DNA of 63,457 nt, the filler included, from Octopus bimaculoides (lineage: Eukaryota), in the NCBI RefSeq assembly GCF_001194135.2. It is 5 parts of 5 records of this genome, joined end to end, with 100 filler letters (N's around TTAATTAATTAA, not from the genome) between each part and the next. Parts side by side here need not be neighbours in the genome. Positions count along the whole stretch, not along the records: positions 32,004 to 49,665 come from NC_068984.1; 4 more parts are not named here. One strand, given 5' to 3'. Within the stretch, counting starts at the first letter, position 1, and every line of letters begins with the position of its first letter. Under the pieces are notes generated by a model. The model saw only the letters and a program-made list of their open reading frames with translations, had not been told where the DNA came from and did no database searches. This document shows, piece by piece, positions 35,575-48,605 of the stretch. The position numbers and the translations under genes are program-made.

Positions 35575-35850
35575 TTAATAACCTCATCTGGCATACCATA
35601 GTTCTTGGGGAGGGGTTCTGAATTGATCTGTTTAATGGTAATTTTGACTGCCTCTAGGTTACAATTATTATCCATTTCTTCAATAACATGGTGCTATGGT
35701 AAGCCTTCTATAACATTCTCATCTATTGAGGGTGGACAGCAAAAAAAACATCCGCAAAATATTCTGTTCATCTTCAAAATACCTTCATTATCATTGATTA
35801 ATGTGAATCCTTCTTTGTTGATCAGTGGAGCAGCAGTTGATTACCGTTCT
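35575..35850 (-). pseudogene. RTE-clade LINE ORF fragment (endonuclease-RT linker)
   Basis: Translates APLINKEGFTLINDNEGIL...SIDENVIEGLP*..EMDNNCNLEAVKITIKQINSEPLPKNYGMPDEVIKC, matching the pattern upstream of RT motif 0 (K.PG.DG.P.E) in RTE elements. Confidence 0.75.
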
Positions 35851-37898
35851 GTAACTAGTGAAGATAAAAGATTTACTGAAATCGACATGGTCAGTTAATT
35901 ACTTTGAAGGCATTGCCCCAGCATAGTCGCACGTCTGTTACTGAAACCAGTAAAAGAACAAAAGATAACAAAAGACACCAGATCTACCAACACACACATA
36001 CAATACACACACACAACACACACACACACACACACACATACACATACAATACACACACAACACATACACGCGTACGCACGCACACACACGCGCGCGCACA
36101 TACACACACTACATGCACACAGTGAAAGCTGTTTCCATAACTGAATGCCAGCTCATCAGTGAATGGTAGTGATTTTGGTACCCAATAACAGCAGTGACAT
36201 CTAGTGGCCAACAGCTGTTACTATGGGTTTGCCATAATCACAGACATCTTCATGCAATATACATACATATGCATATTGACATATACACACTCGTGGCTAT
36301 GCACACACAAAGCTACAAGCGCGTCCACATGCAACGACGCACGCATATACACAAGTATATACTCACAAGATTATACACCCTCAGACACGTATCAACGCTA
36401 AACATGCGTAGACGTCTATGCACTCATATACATACAAGAGATATTTACTTTGTCAGAAGCAGCAGCGGCAGCAATATCAGCAGCAGCAGCAGCAGCAACA
36501 GCAGCAGTAGTAGTAGTAGTAGTAGCTGTTGTTAAGAAAGCTATTATGATAATGAAGATTTGAAACCTTGTATAACAGTCGAAAAGTGAACAGGTTTAAT
36601 GTGGGGGTCCTTGTAGAAATGTATCTCACCACTCACAGCGGTGGCAGCGACAGTGGTAGTGGTGTTTGTGGTAGTGGTTGTGGTTGTGGTAGTGGTTGTG
36701 GTCGTGGTTGTGGTTGTGGTGGTAGCAACTGTGGCAGTTGCTAGATGTCGTCATCGTCGTGGAACCCGGTCGGATTGTTAAGAACCTACTACCGAAAACC
36801 TAGTCTTCACGATACAACGAGAGAGTCTCTGAGTACCTACACAGTCACATGGTCCGTTAGAAACATCAGCTAAATCTTCTTCAAACTATATCTTACCATC
36901 TCAAAAATTGGGAAGTTGCAGCGAATAAAAGTAACCAAAATGCTCGATAGTTGATTAAAAGACGAGATGGTCATGGCCGGAAGGGATTCAAAAGAGGAAT
37001 GAACTGGAGTGATTCACATTTATTTTTCCAAGTTAACGAGAAGATTTCGAATTTAACCAGCTAGCAGAACATTCGGTAGTTTTACTGAGCAGCCACTGCC
37101 TGTACTTGCAAACCCTCGACCTGCATGAAATGACAGCCAAATTTTCCTTAAATCACAACCTACCGTCTTGAGTAAGGGCCACATTGGGCATGTGGACATG
37201 GAAATTCGAAAAAGATGGGATAATCACGGATGTTCGATCAGAGCATCATATCTAAGGTTAAATCACAACCTCTCAACAATTTCTACTCACAGATATAAAC
37301 CCCTGGCCACAATCACAACATACTGATGGTAGTAGGATCTGAACCAATGAGCCCTTGATTGCTTACACTCGCCGTACTCTCACCTTTTTGTTATAAAATA
37401 CCTTAATTTTTTATTCTAGTTTCAACGATGCTTCAGATTCGAATTTCACATTTTGCTGGAGTCGTTTTTTTACTTTCCGATTATCGAGATTGGTGGTATT
37501 AAGTACCAGTATTATTATGAGAAACTGTAATTAAACTATGATATAATAAATGGTTCAGAGACGATGGAATACTCAGGGGCGCCTGCTGAGAGAAAACAAT
37601 TACGAAGCAGCTGCTAGAACACATAGAGTCGGAAACCAAGAAATTTTAATTTATCAAAATATGAACAATAAACCACAAACGGCAAAAATAAATTATGGAA
37701 TTATGGAACTAGACAAAAATGATAAGTTTAACATGCCATTTGGTTTCACACCACTTTCTAATGAGCCAGACAGGAGATTCTGTGGTTCGCTCGACTTGTT
37801 AGTATTACGAGCTAAATTTTCCTTAACCCACACTGAGACACAAAACAAGATTGCGGCTAGTCAATCCAGTCAATCCAGTCAACCCTCAACCAGATCTA

Positions 37899-38523
37899 CT
37901 GTCACAGTTGATAGCTCAATCAATCTACTATCACGTAACGATCATACTTAACAAATGACCGTATCAAGTTTCGGGGGGGGGGGGGTATGTGAGTTAGAAA
38001 TACAGTGAGCAACAATACTGATTGCCTTTATGAAGCTAAGAGAGGGCACTTGCCGTTGTGAATCAGATTAATCTTGGATTTTGGGTGTTCCTTAGTTGGC
38101 TCTATGTGGCTCTATCCCAGCAAGGAGTCAGCCACAGAGATCCTTCACATCCTTTGTATACCTTTGTATTCTGTACCTACTTTTTGACAATCGATTTTAC
38201 ATAACGCCCCACCATTTATAAAGATGATTGGCCAAAGTCAGTTGAGAAACACACACACACACACACACATACAAACGACACATAGACTCCCTCAACCAGA
38301 TCTGCTGGATGAGGACTAGCCTGGAGCTAAACATCAACCTCTGCTCCTTGGGTAGTCGTATCAGAATTCATGCTGTTCCTTTCCGTCTACATTTTTCTTG
38401 AAAATATTGACTTCTAGATGTTTCAGATGGATATCGCTCGCATAAATGGGCCCCACTTCTCCGTGACTATCTTATTTTTTTTTTAAAAGTGATCCAACGA
38501 GGGAACCTATATGTCCTCTGTGC

Positions 38524-38570
<47 letters not shown>

Positions 38571-38912
38571 TCTCAACTGACTTGGCCAATTATCTTTATA
38601 AATGGTGGGGCGTTATGTAAAATCGATTGTCAAAAGGTAGGTATAGAATACAAAGGTATACAAAGGATGTGAAGGATCTCTGTGGCTGACTCCTTGCTGG
38701 GATAGAACCACATAGAGCCAACTAAGGAACACCCAAAATCCAAGATTAATCTGACTCACAACGGCAAGTGCTTTCTCTTAGCTTCATAAAGGCAATCAGC
38801 ATTGTTACTCACTATATTTCCAGCTAACATAAAACTAAACTTGATACGGTCATTTGTTAAGTATGATCGTTACATGATAGTAAGTAGATTGATTGAGCCA
38901 GTACTGTGGCAG
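37899..38912. repeat. Long inverted repeat: about 370-bp arms (37899-38270 and 38520-38912) with about 250-bp spacer
   Basis: The arms are clearly reverse complements, including (AC)n/(GT)n inner ends. Confidence 0.9.
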
Positions 38913-39989
38913 TAAAAAAACTATCAAGAAAGTGGATTAGATTTCTGTAACTGAAACTAAGTAACAAAAATAAGCACATTAAGAATACATAAGATGATCA
39001 TGATGAACAACCAGCATAGGAGCCGCTATGTGGGTCACTCGATCCAGTAAAAATAGCAGTCAAATTTCCTTAGATATATCTTACTGCCTTTAAATAAAAA
39101 GTAAAAAACACATTGGACAACGTAGTTCTTCGTATATAAAAAAATGGGATGATCATCCTAGAACGTCACTGATCATTGGTCTACCCATCTACACAATCGG
39201 GACAGATTTGGGGAAGAACAAAAAGCAACAAAAAACGTAAATCTTCTATGTTAAATGGCCGTTACTACCATGAAGCAAAATGTCCCACACAAAACTCTAC
39301 TTTTATGATAAAATTCAGTTTAAATGGACAGCAAAAGAAAGAATTTTTATCACACGGGAACAGACATTGGTTCTATACCCATTGAGAGGAATAACTATAA
39401 TTTCTATTTTATAGATAACAAAATTCTTTCGAATGATGTATTTTCTGAAACAAGACATATTAAGACATTAACTCTCCTCAAATATCATTGAAGAAACAGT
39501 AATTTAGTTAAGTTACTCTACATTTTCACTGACCTGTCAGTTTCAAATTCTTTAAAAAAAATGTTGTGTTAACCATGAATCTTTATTTCTCTTAGAAAAT
39601 TACATTGCAAAGGTCCTATGGAGCTATATTACACAGGTGAATCGCAAGTTAATATATAAGCCTGGCGTCATTTTTTTTACAAGTGTCTTATTAATTGACG
39701 GAGTAATGCCAAAAGTTTATAATATTGTATACAGTAAGCAAAACAACTAGCTTATGTACAATCACTTCTGTACAGATCTATATAGACTTATCTATAAAGG
39801 TATGCTTAAACTCGTTCTATAAAACAGCAATAATAGGGTCTTTAAAATGTAATTTACAGAGCTTCTAACCTTGAATATTAATTAGTATAAAGGTTTTCTA
39901 AAAGGAACACAAATCTTTTAATTGTCAGAAAGAAAATGTGTGATGCCTCTTTCGAGTTCTAAATAATAATGGTTTTGACTCCAAAATAT

Positions 39990-41720
39990 GACTATTACTT
40001 TATCTTATCGACCCTGAAAGGATAAAAGGCAAAGTTGACCTCGGTGGGATTTGACCTCAAACTGCACAGCATTTTTTCTGACACTCTAAAGATTCTGCCT
40101 GCTCTCTTCCAACCAGAAACCGGAACTAAAAGGAAAATATCTCTACTCTGATAGACATTTCGATTCTTTTTGGCCAAAACGTTTACTATAGTGGTAAAGA
40201 AATTGTCGAAGTGAAACTGAAATAAGTAAGATGTGAAGCATGAAAGTATCGATAACAGCACTAATGATAATTGGAACATTTGGTATGATAAATAACTATA
40301 TGTGCAAAAAGACTAGACTCTCTTGCTGAGTCTAGAGAAAGATACATCATTCATGACCTTCGCAGGCCCTCTCGAAGAGCGTTGAGCTTGATGACATTAA
40401 CGTTCCGTAGGTCGAAGATTTCAGAGAACCGATGTTCTAGGGAAGAGATGGTTAGCGCGAAGTCGGATTGAGTAGGTACATAAGTGACGAGAGATGGAAT
40501 GATGAGTGGGCTGTGGTGGTTGAGTGGAAGAGGTACCAGACCAGCCAGTTCCGAGAAATTGACAGAGGCCATTGAAAACACGGTAATTATAAGGCCTGGA
40601 TTTTTTCATTTTTTGTGGGTGGGATCCTGTCGATATCATTGGTACAATTTTTATCAACTCTGAAAGGATGAAAGGCATGGTTGACCACGGCAAAATTGGA
40701 ACTCGAAAAATAAAGAACCAGAGGAAATGCTGCTCAGCATTTTGCCCGACGCGCTAACGATTCTACCAGTTCGCAGTCTTTGTTTAAAAATTTTTGGTAC
40801 AAAGCTAGCAATATTAGGGGAAGAGAATTTGTCGATATCATCGACTCCAGTACTTGACAGATATCGATTGGTTGGGGATGAAAGGCAAGAAAAACAAAGT
40901 TGGCATCGGTAGGGTTTCAATTTAGTACGTAAAGAACCGGAGGAAAAGCCCCTAAGAATTTTTCCGACACTCTAACAATTCTACTAGCGCGCTGCCTTTG
41001 TAATAATTATCCTTTCTGCTATAAGTACACGGCCTGAATTTTTTTTTTTTTTTAGGGTGGTGGAGCTAATCTATTATATCGACCCCAGTACTGAAATGCT
41101 TCTCATTTTTGCCTCGGCGGAATTTGAACTCAGAACGTAAAGACGAACGAGTTGCCGCTAAGCATTTTGTCCGGCGTACTAACGATTCTGCTAGTTCGCT
41201 GCCTTTATGCAAGACTCAAGAAGTTCCAACAAAACCTGTGATAAAAAGAAATTATTGTTGTTGTTGTTATAAATAGATTGAAATAGAATGCTCGGTTGAG
41301 CTGTGACAGAAGGTTTGTCTCTTAAGGACAGCAAGGATTATCAGAAGGGTCCTAAGCACTTGAAAGACTGCTGAAAACTTGTGGATACCTAAAGTTACAG
41401 GTAGTAACACGCTATCAACATAATCCCTACCAGGAATAAGACTGAACCTGAGACAAATCAAAATGATAATAATAATAATAATAATAATAATAATCCTTTC
41501 TACTAAAAGCACAAGGCCTGAAATTTTGCAGGAGGGGACTAGGAAATTTAGGGGAGAGGACTTTACATCGACCCCAGTTTTTCACTGATACTTAATTTAT
41601 CGACCCAAAGGGATGAAAAACAAAGTCGATCTCGGCGGAATTTGAACTCAGAACGTGCAGTCGGACGAAATGACGCTAAGCGTTCTACCCGGTGAGCAAC
41701 GATTCTGTCAGCTCGCCGCC

Positions 41721-41757
<37 letters not shown>

Positions 41758-41920
41758 CCTTTCTACTATAGACACAAGGCTTGTAATTTGAGAGGGGCAA
41801 TCGATTAGATTGCCCCCAGTATGCAACTGGTACTTATTTTATCGACTCCGAAAGGATAAAAGGTAAAGTCGACCTCGGCGGAATTTGAACTCAGAACGTA
41901 AAGACGGGCGAAATACCGCA
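39990..41920 (-). mobile_element. Cluster of six co-oriented SINE family A copies
   Basis: Copies at about 39990-40120, 40590-40770, 40780-40990, 41020-41205, 41490-41720 and 41755-41920, several joined by (AAT)n tails. Confidence 0.85.
40300..40570 (-). pseudogene. 3' end of a CR1/L2/Jockey-group LINE
   Basis: Translates SELAGLVPLPL.. and, after a frameshift, HLFPRTSVL*NL, typical of the RT C-terminus; terminal hairpin CTAGACTC-tcttgct-GAGTCTAG. Confidence 0.65.
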
Positions 41921-42533
41921 AATAATAATAATAATAACAACAACAGGGATGAGGTAATCCTTTGACACAAAGAAAAATGTATGGGCGAGAAAGTTTGAAA
42001 AACAAAAAATACTTACCTTGTTCGTCTTGATAAATCCTTGCATTATTAGGTAGCCAATAAATATGATGATCCCATATGCGCAGTAACGACGGCATGTCCG
42101 CGGTCTCATATTTGGAGGCAACAAAACGAGCTACTCTCTCTTCTCTTCCTTTTTCTTTTTTTTTAATTCAGACGTATNNNNNNNNNNNNNNNNNNNNNNN
42201 NNNNNNNNNNNNNNNNNNNNNNNNNNNNNNNNNNNNNNNNNNNNNNNNNNNNNNNNNNNNNNNNNNNNNNNNNNNNNNNNNNNNNNNNNNNNNNNNNNNN
42301 NNNNNNNNNNNNNNNNNNNNNNNNNNNNNNNNNNNNNNNNNNNNNNNNNNNNNNNNNNNNNNNNNNNNNNNNNNNNNNNNNNNNNNNNNNNNNNNNNNNN
42401 NNNNNNNNNNNNNNNNNNNNNNNNNNNNNNNNNNNNNNNNNNACGGGTACGTGCGTGTATGTATTTGCATGTGATTTACATCAAATGAATAAATAAAACA
42501 ATTTGTACAAATGTGGACATTTCGATTTCTGCG

Positions 42534-42576
<43 letters not shown>

Positions 42577-42714
42577 GCACACACACGCACATACACACAC
42601 ACATACACACACAGGCGTGTTTGTGGGTTTGTGTGCATGTGTGATTTGAACACACCGGCTGTTACAAGAATAAGATGTTTTAATTGTTTCCAAAATACAT
42701 CCACACATACACAA

Positions 42715-42754
<40 letters not shown>

Positions 42755-42796
42755 TATTCATACATACATACATATATTATATATACACGCACGCAC

Positions 42797-42831
<35 letters not shown>

Positions 42832-43109
42832 TATACATATATAGAAACAGACAGATTGAAAGAGATAGTCCGCCTTCTTATGATTCTATCAATAGCAATT
42901 AAGTATGTAGTTAAACCAGCGACTAATTAAGCAATAGTAACCATTATTATTCTGCTCTTAAGCACTGTAGATTGATGGCAGACTCCTGATATCTTTTACG
43001 CATCTTCCAATGTCGAATGTCAGTTCCACTACATTTATTTTCTATCAGTCAAAGGCAAACTACGTTCCGCGGGACTTTCTGAACGGTATGGATAAACGAA
43101 AAATTATCT

Positions 43110-43192
43110 TGAACATTTTAATAGTGCGGCCCGCCTGATGATGAGTCATGTCTCATGCGGCTCGCTTCTCGAAAAAGGGTTGCCCGTATCTG
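43110..43192. mobile_element. hAT/Charlie-like terminal fragment
   Basis: GCGGCCCGC..GCGGCTC..AAAAAGGGTTGCCC..CTG end followed by CTCTACAT; other end not found. Confidence 0.4.
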
Positions 43193-44589
43193 CTCTACAT
43201 TAGATTTCCTGGAAACAGAGCAATATCTAAAGCAAAATGACAACGGCTGTTCTCTTGACTTATCTCATAGTCAGTCTTTTGATACGGTCAATGGCCTTCA
43301 AGCTGGAGAGAATCTTCATCAGATTGGCTGTTCTTTCGATAAAGCTTTCGTGTTTCGGAATATTTCAAATCACTTTAGAGAAACTAATTTCATTCTTGAA
43401 GGCGGTGCCCCAGTCCAATGACAGAAACCAGTAAAAGATAAAAAAATAAAAGAATAGTAAGAATGAAACAAGGAATTAATCTATACAACAGAAAATTATG
43501 AATTTTCTCCTCTCTTTCTCCTTTCTCTCTCTATCTATATATCTCTGTCTATCTATCTATCTATCTATCTATCTATGTCTGTCTGTTTGATTTCTCAGTT
43601 GCTCTAGAAGCAGCATATTAGTAACGCAAGTACGGGGAATTAAATTCAACCAGGAATCAAAGCCGACTCGCTTTAACGTTTATTTTACAGTAGAAAATGA
43701 TTTATTTCTAAGATAGGGCACAAAGATACAAATTTTATATGTGGGGAATAATCAATTATATCGACCTCACCAACACTTCGCTGGTACTTATTCTATCGAT
43801 CTTGTGAGAAAAAAAAGTAAAATCAGCCGCTAAGGGACAGAATTAAATACTGCAAGGCTTTCTGTAATTCTATAGATTATGCCATCAACCGCCCTTCCAC
43901 AGTGAAAAAAATATTATTAATTCCCGGAAAAAAATGTTGTTTATAATCGATTGCAGTATGTTAGTGTATTTATTATATTACTGGTATTAACTCCAGAATA
44001 ATGAAACACAATGACGATCTCGAACAAGATTTAAGATCCCTGACACTGAAGGAAAAGACTAGAAGTTAATCTGGAACATTAGCCCTAGTTGAAACCCAAA
44101 CAAGTAGATCTATAATCAAAGGCATTCCAAATATGACCATTCCGTCTTTTAAAGGCTACTAAGACTACATTATTTAATGTGTCTTTTCCTTAATTAAGAG
44201 GCAAGGTTTGGTGGTAATTTATAGTATGTCGTACGACCACTTGAAGACTCCTTCGTTTGTTTTCAAGCCTCAAACGTTTTAGAGAGAAGCGATCAGAAAT
44301 TAAAAGGCCAATGCTAAAGTTAAATAACTAACCCTTTTTCCTAATCACTCTGTTTCAGCTATGAGAAATAAATCACTCTTTAGCTATATTACTGGTCTGA
44401 CGCATGTAGGTTTTGCCACTGTGAAAATTAATCACTTGCAGTGATACTACAGTGTACTTACAGTGATACTACAATTCGCCTTAAGATTATTGATTTTATC
44501 CATAAGCGGCTGACACACCTTTGATTTCCTTTTCTACGCTCAACGTCTCAAAAAGATATAAGTGCGGGCTTTTTTGTCATCATCAAAAA

Positions 44590-45150
44590 CATATTTCTCT
44601 GGACTCAGTCCCATAATTGGAATTGGATAGTGACAGAATAGAAAATGTTGATTTATTTTAAATTTCTAGGAATCTATGTTGATAAGAATCTTAAAAATGC
44701 AAGCCACGAATTGAACTCATTCGCAAATGAATATTCAATACTATTAGTACCTTACCTTACACTAAAAACTTTCTAAAACGCGTATCACTAAATATTATTA
44801 GTTTCTGGTTATACTATGGTTATTTTGTAGAGTCATTACTCTAGTAGAAGATCAAAATTTAAAAAGAAAACCCCAGAGATTGATTTTAAATTTTGGAATA
44901 ATACAACTTTTCACATATTGATCTTCTCTATCATAATACTTGAGTTTTAAAGTGTTCGGGCATGAACGCATTTACACAAATCAAATTCTCCAACAATTTT
45001 CACTTCTGCCAAATATCTGTTGGCTTTAGGTTTATCAGATTTAGCAAATTATTCATGTTCGAGCACGTACGTAATCCTTTACAAAAATTATTCCTTGTAA
45101 GATAAATTCGCTGAGATACCCTTAAAGTTTGCTATAAACTTAATAAAAGC
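44590..45150 (+). pseudogene. Heavily decayed CR1/L2-group LINE RT C-terminal fragment
   Basis: DSDRIENVD..KFLGIYVDKNL motif (RT motif 7, KFLG) with frameshifts. Confidence 0.65.
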
Positions 45151-46384
45151 CATCAATATAGCACAATATTTCACTTCAACACAAAAACTATCAATTCCTA
45201 CTCGTCAATTGAATAACCATGTAACATCTGTTGTCTCTCGTTAATCATTTATACAACATTCATAAATAGTTTGTAACTCCTATCTCGTGTAAATCTCTAC
45301 TTTGTTAATCAGTGTTTCTCAAAAGTGCTTTGATGAATTATAAGCTGACACTTTCATCGATATTTATTAAGAAATTTCCGAATATCAGTTAGTTTAAATA
45401 GTTTATTTCCCGCAAAATCGTTTTGTCATACACTTAAGCTGCTTATCAAGTTTTTCAAGAACGCTAAACTATATAAACGAAAGCCACCTACTTTGTTTTC
45501 ATGTATTTTACACATTTAATACTGAAGGCAAGATATCACAAGTGCTATGTCTAACGGAAGGATAGATGAACACGTAACGCATTTGTAACGTTTGCTATTT
45601 TGTTGTTTTATTATTTTATTTTTGTCGGGGTGGGGGTTGCAGTCAATCAAATTTCGAAAACTAATCGTATTTCGATTTGTTTATAAGTTTGTTGCTTGGG
45701 GGGGGGGTTGCTTTTTTAGATATTGTCACGCTACTTCTCTTCTTCAGTTGCTTAAATAATCAGCAACATGAAATTCAGAATGAGCTGAAAAATATAAATT
45801 ACGAAAAACTTCAAAATTACGAAACCCCAACCAAACACGCGCGCGCGCACACAAACACTTGATCTAACTAAACTGAATCAATAATCATATAATGTTGACA
45901 TATTACTGGTTTTAATGTCAAAGACAAAGAACCTGTAACAACCACCTGGTGGTTATTACTGTAATCACGTGTCACTCGTTGTGTGACATACGTACTTACA
46001 AGTTTAATTATGTCTTCAATGAATATATATAATTCGCAGCTCGAACGTAACTGAGAAAGGCTAAGTCTCCCTTGGCGGAATTTGAACTCAGAACATGCAA
46101 ACGGATGAAATGCTGCTAAGCATTTTGCCCAGCATGTTAACGATTCTGCTAGCCTGCCACCTTGGTACTGTCTAATAGTAATGATGCATTTGGGGAATGA
46201 ATAACATCTCACCAAGTGCATCATTTTTTAACATTCTTTCTCCCACAGGAAAAAAAAAAAGTCGTTTTTCTTAGTTCATTTTATCATGTGCAACTTTCTT
46301 ATTGCAATGTATGTATGCTGGGTGATTTTTAAACATCTGAATGTTTAGTGAATTGGCAACATTCTAAAAAATTCAAGAATTGAA

Positions 46385-46720
46385 AAACAAGTTCTGAAGA
46401 GATGCCAAAGATTACCTGAGACAGATACACACTTGCTTACAAGAGAAAATTTAGATGCTCTGGAGAAAGACATTACAGGATTTGCATAACAGTAAGGCGG
46501 AGTAGAAGCCTCAGCTAACTTCCATCAGACACTAAATAGTGATTCCAAAAGGAACAAATGCAAATGAAATCCCTGCTTACCTTGACTCATCATTGATTTG
46601 GACCAGAATTAAAATCTTCAAACTGTTTACAAACAAGGATCAAGTCAATCTTTTCATTTTGCCAACAATTTGTTGCAAGTTGCAGAGGGAAAATTTCCTT
46701 AGAATATTAATGATACCATA
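46385..46720 (+). pseudogene. Helitron RepHel PIF1-like helicase fragment
   Basis: Frameshifted LDALEKTLQDLHNS..(D)FHQTL.VIPKGTNANEIPAYLDSSLIW..KLFTN..FANNLLQVAEGK follows the PIF1/Helitron helicase motifs (GDFRQTLPVIP..LW..L.TN). Confidence 0.75.
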
Positions 46721-47389
46721 AACCTATCTCCTATAAGTGGAGTGGTTAAAACAACATTCTAATTGATATCAGAAGTGTTCCTTGAACCATTCTTATATTT
46801 CAAGATAGTCATTCTTTTTCTTGACAAATAAACACACGCACTATAATATTTGTACCTCACTCATTTGTCATTATTCTTGTTAATCCAAGGGTTATTGTCG
46901 ATCATATTGACCTGAATACACATTTCCTATTCACTGATTGGCTGGTTCCTATTAAGCAATGTCCCTTCTAGAGAGTTAACTCCCCTCTTATAGCATGTTT
47001 CAAGTGGAATATACAGAAATATATGAAAGCCTGGCATCTACAGGTACCAAATTTCGCACACAAGGCATTAAATCAACCCAGGTATGGCTGTGTTAAGAAG
47101 TTTGCTTCCCAGCCACATGGTTCTGGGTTCAGTTCTACTGCATGACCCTTTGAGTAAGTGTCTTCTACTGTAGCCCTTGTAAGTGGACAGAAACTGAAAG
47201 TGCCAATCACTTTTGAGTGTGTGTTCTCCACCTCCATTCAACAGCAAAAGAAACTGCGAGAATAAGTATCAGGCTTAAAAACAAGTTCTGATGTCAATTT
47301 GTTCAACTAACTCTTTCAAAGTGGCACCCCAGCAAGCTCACAAACCAATGACTCACTGTCCTGTTCTTGCTTACACTTTCACCCTCCGC

Positions 47390-47660
47390 AAAAATTTCCA
47401 AATTTTAATTAATTTGCTTGCAGGAAGGACTGCTCCAACGAAGTCACGCATTGTCCTTGCCTTCGAAACGCAGAGTAGATGGAGCAGGGACAACTGAAGA
47501 AGGGTAATATTCTTTATGTTGCATGTCTCGTTTCTGTTTTTTTCGTTGTTCGATAAAAAAGTTCATTTTCTGTCTTCGTCTTTATGTTTTCGTTTCTCAT
47601 TGTGTTTAACATTTTTTGTGATGTCCTGTACCCATATATGCATGTATGTATACATATAGA
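47390..47660 (+). mobile_element. Family D Penelope-LTR-like element with degenerate hammerhead
   Basis: GCTC-CAACGA-AG..CTTC-GAAAC-GCA-GAGT followed by GACAACTGAAGAAGG and the family D body. Confidence 0.55.
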
Positions 47661-47931
47661 TGTCAGTATGTACATATATATATGCATATAATTATATATT
47701 ATTTGTTATTATATGATCGAACACCACGCAGTGCCTCCAAGTAAGTTTTATCTTATATATATATAGACATGTACAAGGAACTTTATATGTGCACGTGGAT
47801 GTGTGTGTATGTAGATATATGCATGCATGCGACAATATAAGCAGTTTTGGACGCGTTTTGACCTTGTCACTACACAGTAATTTCCCTTTGTTTTTTAACG
47901 GACATTTTTCATAGGAATTTTCAATTGGCCG

Positions 47932-47986
47932 AATAACAGAAGAGATGTTGGCATGGGCTCCCACCTTGGCATCCGAAACTCGGAGT
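47932..47986 (+). ncRNA. Degenerate hammerhead-like motif
   Basis: CAGAAGA-GATG..TGGG ct CCCA..CATC-C-GAAAC-TC; core mutated. Confidence 0.3.
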
Positions 47987-48114
47987 TTTATCATGGCTAC
48001 TGAATAAGTGTCACATATTTTTACATATATACATANNNNNNNNNNTACTGAATAAGTGTCACATATTTTTACATATATACATATATATATTATACATACA
48101 TACATATATATATT

Positions 48115-48145
<31 letters not shown>

Positions 48146-48393
48146 TTACGAAAATTTGCAGCTCAGTTTCATTGCTTCCATTTGTCGGGCAGATATGATA
48201 ACTGCCCAACAAACGGGAACGTGAAACTGAGTAGCAGTTTTTGTGATATTTTTGTGATGTTTTTGCAGCTTTAATAATGTGTGTGTGTGTATTTGAAAAG
48301 ATTTGTAGAGGTAACACATAAATAAGTAGATATTTATGGAAAACAAGAACGAAAATGCTACTTTCTTAAAATTGGGTACATTTTAATTTTCCC

Positions 48394-48432
48394 TTTTACA
48401 TGTTTCGGTTTTTGGAAAACCTTATCAAAAAT
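48394..48432 (-). ncRNA. Hammerhead motif, degenerate core
   Basis: TTTT-TTGATAA-GGTTT tcca AAACC-GAA-ACATGT-A-AAAG: 5-bp stem II, palindromic ACAUGU stem III, GUA site. Confidence 0.55.
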
Positions 48433-48605
48433 ATGAACTAAAATGGAATATGAAAAGAGAAAAGAACTATTAAAAAAATTAAATTAAAATGAAGATTAAA
48501 ATTCATAGTTTACTTTCCTTTTTCCTGCAAGAACACATGATAATATCTTTTGGTTCTGGTAGCATGACAAGTTCAACTGACTGTGACCACAAATTACTAC
48601 AATCT

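Noticed and set aside
37550-37951. 133-aa ORF MVQRRWNTQG..
   Set aside because: Its 3' half runs through a decayed repeat and the inverted-repeat arm; no recognisable motif.
47998-48085. Direct repeat TACTGAATAAGTGTCACATATTTTTACATATATACATA
   Set aside because: Identical sequence on both sides of a 10-N gap; assembly overlap.
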